DNA of 64,000 nt from an uncultured Candidatus Rokubacteria bacterium (GCA_963758635.1 CAVWWD010000004.1:96001-160000); one strand, 5' to 3'; counted from the stretch's first letter, positions 1 to 10,895 are shown. A program made the numbers and translations. Notes: generated by a model not told the origin, from the letters alone.

Positions 1-716
1 GCCGCGTCGTGTGCGTGGACGCGGTGGCCGACAACGCGGGGCAGTGCGCAGCGTTCATCGTGAGCCGGGGCGGCCAGGCGCTCGGTGTCACCTGCGACGT
101 GACGGACGAGGCCCAGGTCGAGGCCATGGTCGCGCGCGCCCGCGAGGCCTACGGCGGCGTCGACGTGCTCGTCAACAACGCGGGCATCCTCGGCGGGCTC
201 TCCGTGCTGGAGATGCCGCTCGAGCGCTGGAGCCGGCAGATCGCCGTCAACCTCACGGGCACGTTCCTCTGCACCAAGCACGTGGCCCGCGCCATGGTGG
301 AGGACCGCCGCGCCGGCAGCATCATCGTGATCGTGTCCACGGCCGGGCACCAGGGCCAGCCGGGCAACATCGGCTACTGCACGAGCAAGAGCGGCCTCCT
401 GAACTTCACTCGCGCCGCCGCGATGGACCTCGCCCGCCACGGCATCCGCGTCAACAGCCTCACGCCGACCGCCACCGACCCGGAGGAGGCCGTGGAGCGC
501 GGCGTGGCCTGGGGGCGCCCACGCCCGGCGCCCCGCGGTCCCGGCATGCTGGACTTCCGGAAGATGGTGCCGGCGGGCCGCCTGCCCAGCCCCCGCCACT
601 ACGCCCGCGCCGCGGTGTTCCTGGCCGGGGACGACGCCGAGATGATCACGGGCATGGACCTGCGCGTGGACGCGGGGGCCATCGCGAAGTACTGGCCCTG
701 GATCCCGAACGCGTGA
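1..716 (+). CDS. Short-chain dehydrogenase/reductase (5'-truncated by window edge)
   Basis: VLVNNAG motif, YCTSK catalytic YxxxK, ITGMDLRVDAG C-terminus; the N-terminal GxxxGxG lies outside the window. Confidence 0.9.
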   Translation, partial: RVVCVDAVADNAGQCAAFIVSRGGQALGVTCDVTDEAQVEAMVARAREAYGGVDVLVNNAGILGGLSVLEMPLERWSRQIAVNLTGTFLCTKHVARAMVEDRRAGSIIVIVSTAGHQGQPGNIGYCTSKSGLLNFTRAAAMDLARHGIRVNSLTPTATDPEEAVERGVAWGRPRPAPRGPGMLDFRKMVPAGRLPSPRHYARAAVFLAGDDAEMITGMDLRVDAGAIAKYWPWIPNA

Positions 717-838
717 GCGCGCGCGTGTCGTCGCATCGCGCCGCCACGGGCGGCTGACCTTCACCGGGAGCCGGACCGACGCGCATTCTCTGGCCTGTAC
801 GGCTTCAGCTGCCGATACGGCTTCACCTGCCCGCCATC

Positions 839-2062
839 GTGGGCCCCTTCGTGACGCTGGGGCTCGTGTACGGAGTCTGGTACTCGTACTCCGTCCTGCT
901 GGTCGCCCTCGTGCAGGAGTTCGCGTGGCCACGGGCCCTGGCCGCGGGGGCCTTTTCCGTCTTCGTGGTCGTCCACGGCGGGGTCGGGCCGGTCGTGGGC
1001 CGGCTCATCGAGTCGCTCGGCGTCCGGCTCGTCATGGTGTCGGGCGCCGTCTGCCTGGCCGCCGGCCTCCTCCTGGCCGCGCACACGAGCGCGTGGTGGC
1101 ATCTCTACCTCGCCTTCGGCGTGGCCGCCGCGGCCGGGTCGTGCGCGACCGGCTGGGTGCCCGCGGTGACCATCGTGCGCCGCTGGCATCCGAGGAACTT
1201 CGGCACCGCAGTGGGCATCGCCTCGGCAGGCACGGGCGTGGGCATCCTGGCGGTGGTCCCGGCCACGCAGCTCCTGATCGGCGGCCTGGGCTGGCGCTGG
1301 GCGCTTCGCATCCTGGCCGCGGTCATCTTGCTCTGGGTGCTGACCGCGGTGCGATGGTTCGCGGGAGACGGCCCGCGGGAGATGACGCAAGGGCCCGCCG
1401 CCCAGGACATGGCCGGTGGCGGCTCCGCGGCCTCCCACTGGACGCTGGCCATGGCGCTCCGCTCGTGGCGGTTCTGGGGCGTGGGCGTGGTCTTTCTCGC
1501 GGGCAGCACGGCGACCCAGACCCTTCTCGTGCACCAGGTGGCCTATCTCGTGGACACGGGCGTGGCCGCCATCGTCGCGGCCAGCGTGGCGAGCGTGGTC
1601 GGCCTGGCGAGCGTGGCCGGCAAGATCGCGTGGGGCTGGCTGGCCGACCACGTGGGCAGCGAGGTCGCGTTCACCCTCGCGTCGATCTGCGTGGTGGCGG
1701 CGATCGGCGTCCTGGCCTTGACCTCGCCCGGGATGCCCGCGCTCGCGTTCGTCTACGCCGTGCTCATGGGCGTGGGATACGCGTCCTCGGCGCCGCTCCC
1801 GCCCGCCGTGGTCGGCCGCCTGTTCCGGGGCCCGTACTTCACGAGCATCTTCGGCGCGCTGCAGCCCGCGACGTCCATCGGCAGCGCGGCGGGCGCCTGG
1901 GCCGCGGGCCGCATCTTCGACCGGACGGGAAGCTACGCGATCGCGCTCGCCCTGGCCGCGATCATTGCCGCCCTGGCGCCCGTTCTGCTCTGGATCGTCG
2001 CCCCCCGCCGCCCGCATCCGCCGCCTCCACCCCCACCAGGCACGCGAGCGCCATCAGCGTGA
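839..2062 (+). CDS. MFS transporter
   Basis: ~12 hydrophobic segments; GRLIESLGVR and GWLADHVG MFS loop motifs; start uncertain. Confidence 0.85.
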   Translation: MGPFVTLGLVYGVWYSYSVLLVALVQEFAWPRALAAGAFSVFVVVHGGVGPVVGRLIESLGVRLVMVSGAVCLAAGLLLAAHTSAWWHLYLAFGVAAAAGSCATGWVPAVTIVRRWHPRNFGTAVGIASAGTGVGILAVVPATQLLIGGLGWRWALRILAAVILLWVLTAVRWFAGDGPREMTQGPAAQDMAGGGSAASHWTLAMALRSWRFWGVGVVFLAGSTATQTLLVHQVAYLVDTGVAAIVAASVASVVGLASVAGKIAWGWLADHVGSEVAFTLASICVVAAIGVLALTSPGMPALAFVYAVLMGVGYASSAPLPPAVVGRLFRGPYFTSIFGALQPATSIGSAAGAWAAGRIFDRTGSYAIALALAAIIAALAPVLLWIVAPRRPHPPPPPPPGTRAPSA

Positions 2063-3161
2063 GCGCGCTGGCGACGGCGAATCCCACCCCGAGCGAGGCG
2101 CGCTCGACGACGGCGGCGATCAGCAGCGAGCCGGCGAGGATCCCGAGGTCCCAGGCTCCGGAGACCATGCCCATGGCCACCCCGCGCTCGCGATCCGGCA
2201 CTCGATCGACCACCAGGGCGACCAGCATCGGATAGAGCGCCGAGCTTCCGGCGGCCAGGAGGAACGCGGCGAGCGCCAGGCGAGGCGGGGCCGGAGGCGC
2301 GATCAGCACGGCGAAGCCCGCGGCCATCAGGCCGAGCGCCGGCACCAGGATGCGGGGCCGGCCCCAGCGATCAGCCATGCCGGTGACGCCGATGCGGAAG
2401 AAGATCATGGCGGTCGAGTACAGGCCGAAGAACCACGTGAGGTGGCGGTCGTGTCCGTGCGCGGCCGCGTGCAGCGGCAGGAACGCGTAGAGCACGCTCT
2501 GGCCCATGGCCGCCACGACGAGCACGAGCGACAGGGGCAGCGCTCCGCGGCTCCACAAACGCACGGGATCCCGCGCCGACGGGGCCCAGCCGCCCATCAC
2601 CGAGCGCATCGCGAGCGCGATGCCTACCGCGGCGAGCCCGAGCACGGTCACCAGCGCGAAGTTGGCGCGCGCGCCGACCTCGCGGAACAGCCAGAGGCCG
2701 AGCGGCGCGGCTGCGGCCATGGAGACCGGCGCGGCCAGGTAGTAGAGGCTCAGCGCTCGGCCCCGCTCGGCAGCCGGCGCGCTGGCGGCGAGGACCGCGG
2801 CCGCCATCGTGACCAGGCCGTAGCCCACCCCGAAGCCGGCCATCAGCGCGATGAACGCCGGCGGGCCGCTCGCGGCCTGGAGGCCGAGGGACGTGAGCAC
2901 CACGAGAGCGGCACCGGGGACGAGGGCCCTCCGGACGCCGCTCCGGTCGATCCAGACGCCCGCCATCGGACGCAGGATCACCGAGACCAGCGAGAAGACG
3001 GAGAAGAGCAGGCCGACCTGGGTGCTGGTGCCGCCCAGCGCCACCAGGTGCATGGACAGGACCGGCGTGAGCCCGTAGACGGCGAGGTGGGCCACCACGC
3101 TGATTCCCATCGCCGTGGCCAGGGCCGGTGAGATCGAAGCGACGAGCGCCCGTGGATTCAC
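1962..3161 (-). CDS. MFS transporter
   Basis: GVWIDRSGVRR and GMADRWGRPR motif A in both halves; likely GTG start at 3161; 3' end uncertain (overlaps the convergent MFS). Confidence 0.85.
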   Translation of the reverse strand: MNPRALVASISPALATAMGISVVAHLAVYGLTPVLSMHLVALGGTSTQVGLLFSVFSLVSVILRPMAGVWIDRSGVRRALVPGAALVVLTSLGLQAASGPPAFIALMAGFGVGYGLVTMAAAVLAASAPAAERGRALSLYYLAAPVSMAAAAPLGLWLFREVGARANFALVTVLGLAAVGIALAMRSVMGGWAPSARDPVRLWSRGALPLSLVLVVAAMGQSVLYAFLPLHAAAHGHDRHLTWFFGLYSTAMIFFRIGVTGMADRWGRPRILVPALGLMAAGFAVLIAPPAPPRLALAAFLLAAGSSALYPMLVALVVDRVPDRERGVAMGMVSGAWDLGILAGSLLIAAVVERASLGVGFAVASALTLMALACLVGVEAADAGGGGRRSRAERAPGRQ

Positions 3162-3221
3162 GCCTTCCCGGGATGCCCAGACGGCCGCGCGCCCGCGCCG
3201 GCGGCGGCCCTCCACGGACGG

Positions 3222-3300
3222 GGCGAGCGGCAGCGTGAACGTGGACGTCGACTCTTCACCCAGCTGACTCTCCACCCAGATCCGGCCGCCGCACGATCCC
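3222..3300 (-). pseudogene. Remnant of histidine kinase HATPase C-terminus
   Basis: Translates GGRIWVESQLGEESTSTFTLPLA, matching the HATPase_c tail HGGRIWVESxxGxGSTFTFTLP; no upstream kinase body. Confidence 0.65.
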
Positions 3301-3313
3301 GGCCAGGGTTTTG

Positions 3314-3739
3314 TCAGCGCCGCCGCAGCCAGTCGACGCTGACGATCCTCGCCGCGACCACCGGCGCGAACTCGCGATCGCCCGTGAGGATGACCGCCTC
3401 GTGCTCTCGCGCCGCGACGACGGCAAAGGCGTCGGCATACGACAAGGCAAAGCGCGCCTTCACGTGAGCCGCGGCGAGAACCGTCGAGCGCGTCACGGGC
3501 AGGATTGCGAGCGGCAGGGCGTCGACGGCGGCGAGCACCCGGTGAGCGTGTACGAGGCCGCGCCCGCGCTCGGTGATGTACAGCACCTCGCCGAGATTGA
3601 TGAGTGACATATAGACGACGCCGCGTCCGGCCTCGGCCGCCTCGAGCGCCGCGCGGACCTTGGGCATCCCGGGCTCGCCACCGAGGTACGCGAGGAGCGC
3701 GAAGCTGTCGAGGACGAACGCCGGAGCCTTATCGGCCAC
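3314..3739 (-). CDS. vapC: PIN-domain toxin (VapC)
   Basis: FVLDSFALL, INLGEVLY, LSYADAF, ILTGDREF PIN motifs; overlaps the antitoxin stop. Confidence 0.9.
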   Translation of the reverse strand: MADKAPAFVLDSFALLAYLGGEPGMPKVRAALEAAEAGRGVVYMSLINLGEVLYITERGRGLVHAHRVLAAVDALPLAILPVTRSTVLAAAHVKARFALSYADAFAVVAAREHEAVILTGDREFAPVVAARIVSVDWLRRR

Positions 3740-3962
3740 GGCCCCGTTCGCGGCGGTGTTCGATCGACAGGGCGCGCGTCAAGGATCTCCTGCCCTTCAG
3801 CATCCCGGCGGCTTGCCGCGTTGGCCGGCCCATGGTCGGCACGAGCGCGAGGACACCCCCGTAGTCGACGACGCTCACCTCGGCGCCGGGCTCCAGATTG
3901 TACTTGCGGCGCAAATCGACAGGAATGACAACCCATCCCTTCTCGGACACAGTCACCGGCAT
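3729..3962 (-). CDS. vapB: AbrB/MazE-family antitoxin
   Basis: MPVTVSEKGWVVIPVDLRRKYNLEPG swapped-hairpin signature; directly upstream of the PIN gene. Confidence 0.88.
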   Translation of the reverse strand: MPVTVSEKGWVVIPVDLRRKYNLEPGAEVSVVDYGGVLALVPTMGRPTRQAAGMLKGRRSLTRALSIEHRRERGRGR

Positions 3963-3981
3963 CGTGGCCTCCACGTCGTGG

Positions 3982-4013
3982 GCGTTATACTGGCGACTCG
4001 AATGGTATAACGC
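3982..4013. promoter_or_regulatory. Palindromic operator upstream of vapBC-1
   Basis: Perfect 9-bp inverted repeat GCGTTATAC-N14-GTATAACGC, AT-rich, 20 bp upstream of the antitoxin start. Confidence 0.65.
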
Positions 4014-4095
4014 GTGGCCCTCCAGGCAAAAGACGGACGCTGACGACGCGGGTGTCAAGACGGCGTGCGGATCGCGTCGTCGAAGCTCTCCTCCG

Positions 4096-5232
4096 CTACG
4101 GCTTGATGCCCAGGAGCTTCGCCGCCGTCTCGCCGAGCATCGCCCGGCGCTGCGCGACAGTGAAGCCGGGCGCCTTCAGGATGTGATTCACGGAGTCGGC
4201 CTGCCAGGGGATCGGGTGGTCGGTGCCGATGACCAGCCGGTTCACGCCGACCTCGGCGGCCAGGTGGCGGAGCGCCTCCCCGGTGAAGACCAGCGTGTCG
4301 TAGTACATCTGCTTCAGATACTCGGTGGGCTTCTTCTTCAGGCGGACGCCGGTGTCCATGTCGGGCGCGACGCGCAGGCTGTTGTCGGAGCGCGCGGCGT
4401 AGGAGGGCAGGAAGCCGCCGCCGTGGGCGGAGACGATCTTGAGCCGCGGGAAGCGGTCGAGCGTGCCCTCGAAGATCAGGTGCGAGAGCGCGATCGTCGT
4501 GTCGAGCGGGTTGCCGATCGTGTTCTCCAGCCAGCCCTGCCCCTTGAAGCGGCCGGCGAGCTCGGGGGTGCTCTGCGGATGGATGAAGATGACCGCGCCG
4601 AGCTCCTCGGCCTTGGCCCAGAACGGATGGAACTTCGGGTCGGAGAACTCCTGGCCGGCGACGTTTGCCCCCACCGCGGCGCCGCGGAGCCCGAGCCCCT
4701 TCATCGCCTGCGTGAGCTGCTGCACCGCCAGGGCCGGGTACTGGAGCGCCACCGAGGCGAACGCGACGAAGCGGTCAGGGTACCGGGCGCAGAAGTCGGC
4801 GAGCGCCTCGTTCTGGATCGAGATCACCTTCTCCGCAACGTCGCGCTCGGCCCGGTACCAGCGGGGGTTGATGCTCAGCGCCTCCATGTCGATGCCCTGC
4901 GCGTCCATCTCGCGCATGCGCCGCGGGCCGACCTCCTCGATCCCCGGCCCGCGATGGTCCGACACCTGGAGGCCGAGGAGCGCGTAGGCCTCGGGGATGA
5001 TGCAGTGGGCGTGCACGTCGATCGTCCGCACCCGGCGGCCGCCCACCATCACCTCACGGCGCCGCGGCGCCGCGCGCCGCCGCGTCTGGCGCGCGCTCCG
5101 CTTGCCCCGCGCGGCCGCCGCGGCCCGGGTCCGTCCCCGTGCGCGCGCCCAGTCGAGCAGATCGCAACCGGTGAAGGCGATGGCGGCCGGCATCCCGGCG
5201 GTGCTCCCGGCGAACGGATCGCGCGTGGTCAT
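4096..5232 (-). CDS. Amidohydrolase family protein (Amidohydro_2)
   Basis: IDVHAH metal motif, IFIHP, SAHGGG, IGTDHP. Confidence 0.9.
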   Translation of the reverse strand: MTTRDPFAGSTAGMPAAIAFTGCDLLDWARARGRTRAAAAARGKRSARQTRRRAAPRRREVMVGGRRVRTIDVHAHCIIPEAYALLGLQVSDHRGPGIEEVGPRRMREMDAQGIDMEALSINPRWYRAERDVAEKVISIQNEALADFCARYPDRFVAFASVALQYPALAVQQLTQAMKGLGLRGAAVGANVAGQEFSDPKFHPFWAKAEELGAVIFIHPQSTPELAGRFKGQGWLENTIGNPLDTTIALSHLIFEGTLDRFPRLKIVSAHGGGFLPSYAARSDNSLRVAPDMDTGVRLKKKPTEYLKQMYYDTLVFTGEALRHLAAEVGVNRLVIGTDHPIPWQADSVNHILKAPGFTVAQRRAMLGETAAKLLGIKP

Positions 5233-5346
5233 GGTGTCCTCCCTGCCTCGCGTCTCACGCGAGGTCTGGAGCGGTCGCCGGGGCGAATCCGGCGCCGCTC
5301 GCTTGGACGGCCTCGGTCGTCGTCTGCGTTTACACGGATTTCACGC

Positions 5347-7662
5347 TTACACCGGTCTCGGCCCGCCCGCCGCCATGGCGCGGATGTCCGCGCGCGTGAC
5401 GGGCACGCGGGTCACCCGCGCGCCGAAGGGGGCGAGGGCGTCCTCCACCGCCTGGGCGATCACGGGGTGCACCGGCATGATGCCGCCCTCGCCGGCGCCC
5501 TTCGCCCCCAGCGGGTTGAGCGGCGTCGGCGACTCCAGGTGGCGGATGTCGAAGGTCGGCGGGGCGTCCCCGGCGGTGGCGAGCGCGTAGTCCATGAGCG
5601 TGGCGGTGAGCCGCTGGCCCGACTCGTCGTGGACCAGCTGGTCGTTCAGCGCGTCGGCCAGCCCCTGGACCACGCCGCCGTGGATCTGGCCATCCACCAT
5701 GCCGGGATGCAGGACGCGTCCGCAGTCGTGGGCCACGACCCAGCGCAGCACCTTCACCGCGCCGGTCTCGGGGTCCACCTCGATGACGGCGGCGTGGGTG
5801 CCGTTGGCGTAGGACGAGCGCTCCACGGTGAACACGTTGGTGTCCTCGAGTCCGGTCTCCTCCCCGGGAACGCGCCCGGCGTGAGCGGCCGCCGCCACCT
5901 CTTCCCACGACACCGTGCGGGCCGGGAAGCCGCGGACCATGAACCGGCCGTCCTGGACGATCACGTCGGCGGCCGCGGCCTCGAGCAGATGGCCGGCGAT
6001 CCGGCGTGACTTCTCGGCCACGACGCGCCCGGCGAGGAGCGCCGCGCTGCCGCCGAGCGCGGTGACGCGGCTGCCGTAGGTGCCGCCGCCGGTGTGGATG
6101 AGGCTCGTGTCCCCCGTCTTCACCTCGATGCCGTCGGGGTCCACGCCGAGCTCGGCGCCGACCAGCCGCGAGAGCATGGTCTCGTGGCCCTGGCCCTGGG
6201 GCGACGCGCCGCACACCACGAGCACGCGTCCGTCCGCGCCCACACGCACGGTGACGGCCTCGAGCGGCACCGTGGCCGTGGCCTCCACGTAGTTCACGAG
6301 GCCCACGCCGAGCCAGCGCCCTTCGGCGCGCAGACGCGCCTGCTCCCCACGCACCGCGGGCATGTCGAGCGCCTCGCGCCGCCAGCTCCATGCAGCGCGG
6401 GTAGTCGCCGCTGTCGTAGATCACCGGGCCGCGCCCGGCGGTGTTGAGCCCGGTGTTGTACGGCTGCTCCTCGGGGCCGATCAGGTTGCGGCGGCGCACG
6501 TCCAGGGGGTCGAGGCCGAGCTCGCGGGCCACCGCGTCCACCGCGCGCTCGGCCACGAACGTGCCCTGGGGCCGGCCCGCCCCGCGATAGGCGCCGACCG
6601 GCGTGGTGTTGGTGAGCACGCCGCGCATGTGCAGGTCCACGTGCGGGATGCGGTACGCGCTGACGGAGTGGATCATCGTGTTCTGCGGCAGGTTGAGGCC
6701 CGAGGCGGTGTAGGCGCCGAGCTCGTGCAGGAAGCTGTCGCGGAGCGCCACCAGCGTGCCGTCGCGCCGGGCCGCCACCTCGAGCGTGTGCACCTGCTCG
6801 CGCTCCACCCACGAGGCCACGGTGTGCTCGCGACGGTCCTCGATCCACTTCACCGGGCGCCCGAGGCGCATCGCGAGGAGCGGCACCAGGATGTCCTCGG
6901 GATACCACTGCCCCTTCGTCCCGAAGCCGCCCCCCACGTCGGCGGGCGCGATGACCCGCACCTGCTCCTCCGGCAGCCCCACGTGCTGGGCGATGAAGCG
7001 CCGGTGCCGGTGCACCATCTGGATGGCCGCCCACACCGTGAGCTGCCCCTCGGCGAAGCGGGCCACGAGCCCGCGCGTCTCCAGCGGGTGCGCGCCGCCT
7101 CGCGACTGGCGGAGCGTGACGCGCACGACCACGTCGGCGCCGCGGATCGCCGCGTCGGGATCGCCCACGCGCTGCCGCCACTCCGCGGCCACGTTGCTCG
7201 CCAGCGCCTCGTGCACGAGCGCCGCGCCGGGAAGCGCCGCGGCCTCCACGTCGGCCACCGCGGGGAGCGGCTCGTAGTCGACGTTCACGAGGTCCACGGC
7301 GTCCTGCGCGCGATAGCGGTCCGTCGCCACCACCGCCACCACCGGCTCGCCCACGAAGCGCACGCGGCCGGCGGCGAGCGGCGGGATGCCCACGGGCGTC
7401 GGCAGCCCGGGGTGCGCGTTGAACACGGGGATGGGCGCGCCCGCCGGGCCCAGGTCCTCGGAGGTCACCACCGCGACCACGCCGGGCGCCTTCGCGGCGG
7501 CGCGCGTGTCGATCGACCGGATCACCGCGTGGGCGTGCGGCGAGCGCCCACCGCCATGTGCAGGCAGCCGTCCACGCGAAGGTCGTCGATGAAGAGCCCC
7601 CGTCCCGTGACGAGGCGCGGATCCTCCCGGCGTCTGATCACCTGCCCGGCATGCTCGGCCAT
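5347..7662 (-). CDS. Xanthine dehydrogenase/aerobic CO dehydrogenase (form II-like) molybdopterin large subunit, frameshifted (~7550, ~6365)
   Basis: RREDPRLVTGRG N-terminus, DVGGGFGTKG, AYRGAGRP, GQGHET, GQIHGGVVQG, GAKGAGEGG; split over frames. Confidence 0.88.
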
Positions 7663-7684
7663 GCGATTCAGCTCCTTGCGTTGC

Positions 7685-7873
7685 TCACTCCGGCGCCCTC
7701 GGCATCACGATCCATAGCACGACGTACACGAGGATGCCGGGAAAGGCCACGGAGACGAGCGACACCACGATGTAGAGGATGCGTACGATCGTCGGGTCCC
7801 AGCCGAGCCACTCGGCGATGCCGCCGCAGACCCCGGCGATCATCTTGTTCCGGCGCGACCGCACGAGCGCCAT
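7685..7873 (-). CDS. PspC domain protein
   Basis: MALVRSRRNKMIAGVCGGIAEWLGWDPTIVRILY...YVVLWIVMP (62 aa) is a classic PspC domain. Confidence 0.9.
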   Translation of the reverse strand: MALVRSRRNKMIAGVCGGIAEWLGWDPTIVRILYIVVSLVSVAFPGILVYVVLWIVMPRAPE

Positions 7874-7875
7874 GG

Positions 7876-9394
7876 TCACTCCGCCTCCGCGGGCAGGCGC
7901 GACCGCCAGTCGAGGCTGCGCGAGACGAGGGGGCGCAGGGCCAGCGCCAGCAGGACGGCGCCGGCGGCGAGCAGCGCCACGGAGATGGGGCGCGTCACGA
8001 AGATGGCGTACTGGCCGTCGGACATGGCGAGAGACTGGCGGAGCGACAGCTCCATCATGGGCGAGAGCACCAGGCCCAGCACGATCGGCGCGGTCTCGAA
8101 GTCCAGCTTGCGCAGCACATAGCCCAGCACGCCGGTGGCGAGCATGATCCACACGTCCACCACGCTCCCGTTCACCGCGTACACGCCCAGGATGGAGCAC
8201 ACGAGGATGATCGGGTAGAGGACCGGGTACGGCACGCGGAGCAGGTTCACGAAGAGGCCCACGAGGGGCAGGTTCAAGACGAGCAGGATCACGTTGCCCA
8301 CGTACATCGAGGCGATGAAGCCCCAGAAGAGCTCGGGCGAGTTCTGGATCAGCAGCGGACCGGGGGTGACGCCGTGGACCATCATGGCCGCGAGCAGCAG
8401 CGCGGCGATGGGCGCGCTCGGCACGCCGAGGGCCAGCATGGGCACGAAGGCGCCGGAGGTGGCGGCGTTGTTCGCCGACTCGGGGCCGGCCACGCCGGCC
8501 ACCGCGCCCTGCCCGAACTCCTCGGGGCGCCGGGATATCTTCCGCTCGATGGCGTACGAGACGAACGTGGCGATGACGTGGGCGGAGCCCGGGGATGATC
8601 CCGATGAGGAAGCCGAGCGCGGTGCCGCGCCAGATCGGGCCGTTCGCCTCCCGCCACTCCTGGCGCGACGGCAAGAGGTCGCGCAGGCGAGGCCGGATCA
8701 CCTCGGGCGGCGCCGCCATCCCCGCCGTCACGAGGATCTCCGAGAGCCCGAACAGCCCCACCGCCACCGGGACCACGCCGATCCCGTCACCCAGCTCGGT
8801 GACCCCGTAGGCGAAGCGGAAGTAGCCGCTCATCTGGTCGATGCCGATGCTGCCGAGCAAGAGGCCCAGCGCGGCCATGGCGAGGCCGCGCAGCATCGAG
8901 CCGGAGTTCATGTAGGCGAGCACGAGCAGGCCCAGGAGCAGCAGCGAGAAGTACTCGGGCGGCCCGAAGCGGAGCGCGAGGGACGCGAGCGGCGGCGCGA
9001 GCACCATGAGCGCGATCACGCTCACCGTGCCCGCGACGTAGGAGCCCACCGCGGCGATGGCGAGCGCCGGCCCCGCCCGTCCCTTGCGGGCCATCGCGTA
9101 GCCGTCGATGCACGTCATCACCGACGCCGCCTCGCCGGGGATGCGCATGAGGATCGACGTGGTGGACCCGCCGTACATGGCGCCGTAGTAGATGCCGGCG
9201 AGCATCACGATGGCGCGCGTGGCGTCGAGCCCGAACGTGACGGGCAGGAGGAGGCTGATCCCGGCCAGCGGCCCCACGCCGGGGAGCACGCCGACCAGGG
9301 TGCCCACCACGCAGCCGACGAAGCCGTACCAGAGCACGCCCGGCGACAGCGCCACGCTGAAGCCCAGGTAGAGGTTCTGGAGGGTCTCGACCAC
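7876..9394 (-). CDS. tctA: Tripartite tricarboxylate transporter TctA (frameshift ~8590)
   Basis: GTLVGVLPGVG, YYGAMYGGSTTSILMRIPGE, AGPESANNA motifs. Confidence 0.92.
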
Positions 9395-9400
9395 GCGAGG

Positions 9401-9856
9401 TCAGAACCCGAGGGGCCCGCGCGGCAGCGGCACCCGCAGGACGGTGTTGAAGAGGTAGAAGCTCCCGCCCGCGACGGCGACCACGAGGACGGCGGTCAGG
9501 GCCGGGTGCTTCCGCTCGAGGACGCCGAGGAGGAACGCGAGGGCCACGGCCATGGTGAGGCGATACCCCAGCCGCTCGAGCCCCCATGCCGCGAAGGCGC
9601 ACGTGGCGAAGATGGCGACGGCGTGACGCCACTCGCTCCACGCGACGCTGGCGAACCGGCCGCTGGCCCCGCCGAGCGCGGCGACGGCCACGCCGAAGGC
9701 GACCAGCAGCAGGGCGAGCACGGCCGGCATGTAGGCGGGCCCGGGGTTCTTGAGCGAGCCCAGCGGGAGGCGGAGGCTCTGCCAGAGGGCGATCAGCCCC
9801 ACGAGGACGAGCGCGCCGCCGGCGACGCGGTCGGTCGTGAGGGCCCGCACGGTCAC
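9401..9856 (-). CDS. tctB: Tripartite tricarboxylate transporter TctB
   Basis: PGPAYMP, 4 TM segments, FNTVLRVPLPRG C-terminus; GTG start overlaps the tctC stop. Confidence 0.88.
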   Translation of the reverse strand: MTVRALTTDRVAGGALVLVGLIALWQSLRLPLGSLKNPGPAYMPAVLALLLVAFGVAVAALGGASGRFASVAWSEWRHAVAIFATCAFAAWGLERLGYRLTMAVALAFLLGVLERKHPALTAVLVVAVAGGSFYLFNTVLRVPLPRGPLGF

Positions 9857-10839
9857 TTGGCGCTCTCGACCTTCCCGATCGCGCGCACGACCTGCGCGAG
9901 CCGCTGCGCGTCCTTGTCCCAGTACGCGTTGAACTCGTCGGCGTCCATGTAGGAGATGGGCGTGTCGAGCTTGGCGCTGGCCGAGACGACCTCGGGCTCC
10001 TTCACGGCCTGGCGGACGGCGTCGCGCAGGATCTTGATCACGTGGGGCGGCGTGCCCTTCGGCGCCACCAGCCCCGCCCACGCCGCGTAGTCCACGTCGT
10101 AGCCGAGGGACTTGAGCGACGGCACCTCCGGGTACGCGGCGATGGGCGCGGCGCCGGTGTGGGCGAGGAGCCGCAGCGTGCCCGTCTTCATGTGCGGCGC
10201 CACGAGGGTGTTCGTCGACGCGGTCACCTGGGCGTGCCCGCCGAGCACCGCGTTCATCATGGGCCCGCCGCCCGTGGTGGGCAGGTGGCGCATCTTGAGG
10301 CCGCCCGCCGCGTGCAGGAACATCTCGAACGGCACGTGGGAGGCGCCGTAGAGGCCGGACGAGGTGAACGTGATCTCGCCGGGGCGGCGGCGCGCGTCCT
10401 CGACGAGGTCCTTCAGCGTCTTCCACGGCGAGCTCGCGAGCACGGTGATGATCGACGGCTCGGCGTTGATGCGGGCGATGCCGGTGAGCTGGTCCTTCGT
10501 GTAGGTCGGCGGCCGTCCGAACAGCTTGTCCACCTCGGGCAGGACCGACACGCTGACCAGGGCCATCAGGAGCGTGTAGCCGTCGGGCTTGCTCGTGGCC
10601 GTGAACTGGTTGCCGATGGCGCCGGCCGCGCCCGGCTTGTTGGCCACCACCACCGGCTGCTTGAGGAGGCGCTCGAGCGCGGCGGCGACCGGGCGGGCGG
10701 TGAGGTCGGCGAGCCCGCCGGGCGGGAACGCCACGACGATGGTGATGGGGCGGGTCGGAAACGGCTCCTGGGCCGTGGCCGCGGCGGTGGTCCCGAGGAT
10801 GATCAGCACGACAGCCGCCCAGAGCGCTCGTTGGGTCAT
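9853..10839 (-). CDS. tctC: Tripartite tricarboxylate transporter substrate-binding protein TctC/Bug
   Basis: Signal peptide, FPTRPITIVVAFPPGG, NKPGAAG, PDGYTLL, GLVAPKGTP. Confidence 0.93.
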   Translation of the reverse strand: MTQRALWAAVVLIILGTTAAATAQEPFPTRPITIVVAFPPGGLADLTARPVAAALERLLKQPVVVANKPGAAGAIGNQFTATSKPDGYTLLMALVSVSVLPEVDKLFGRPPTYTKDQLTGIARINAEPSIITVLASSPWKTLKDLVEDARRRPGEITFTSSGLYGASHVPFEMFLHAAGGLKMRHLPTTGGGPMMNAVLGGHAQVTASTNTLVAPHMKTGTLRLLAHTGAAPIAAYPEVPSLKSLGYDVDYAAWAGLVAPKGTPPHVIKILRDAVRQAVKEPEVVSASAKLDTPISYMDADEFNAYWDKDAQRLAQVVRAIGKVESAK

Positions 10840-10895
10840 GCCGCCTCCCGTGCTCGGGTTCCGACGTGCCGAGATCGTGCTCGGCGTGGCGAGCC

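Noticed and set aside
1962..2062. 100-bp overlap of convergent MFS genes as antisense regulation
   Set aside because: Both tails are low-complexity and indels are frequent here, so a missed stop is more likely
5347..7662. Bona fide form I CO dehydrogenase
   Set aside because: The active-site loop is AYRGAGR, not AYxCSFR, and no coxMS or accessory genes are adjacent
7685..9394. Apparent TctA-PspC fusion
   Set aside because: Caused by the tctA frameshift at ~8590; tctA ends at 7876 and PspC has its own ATG
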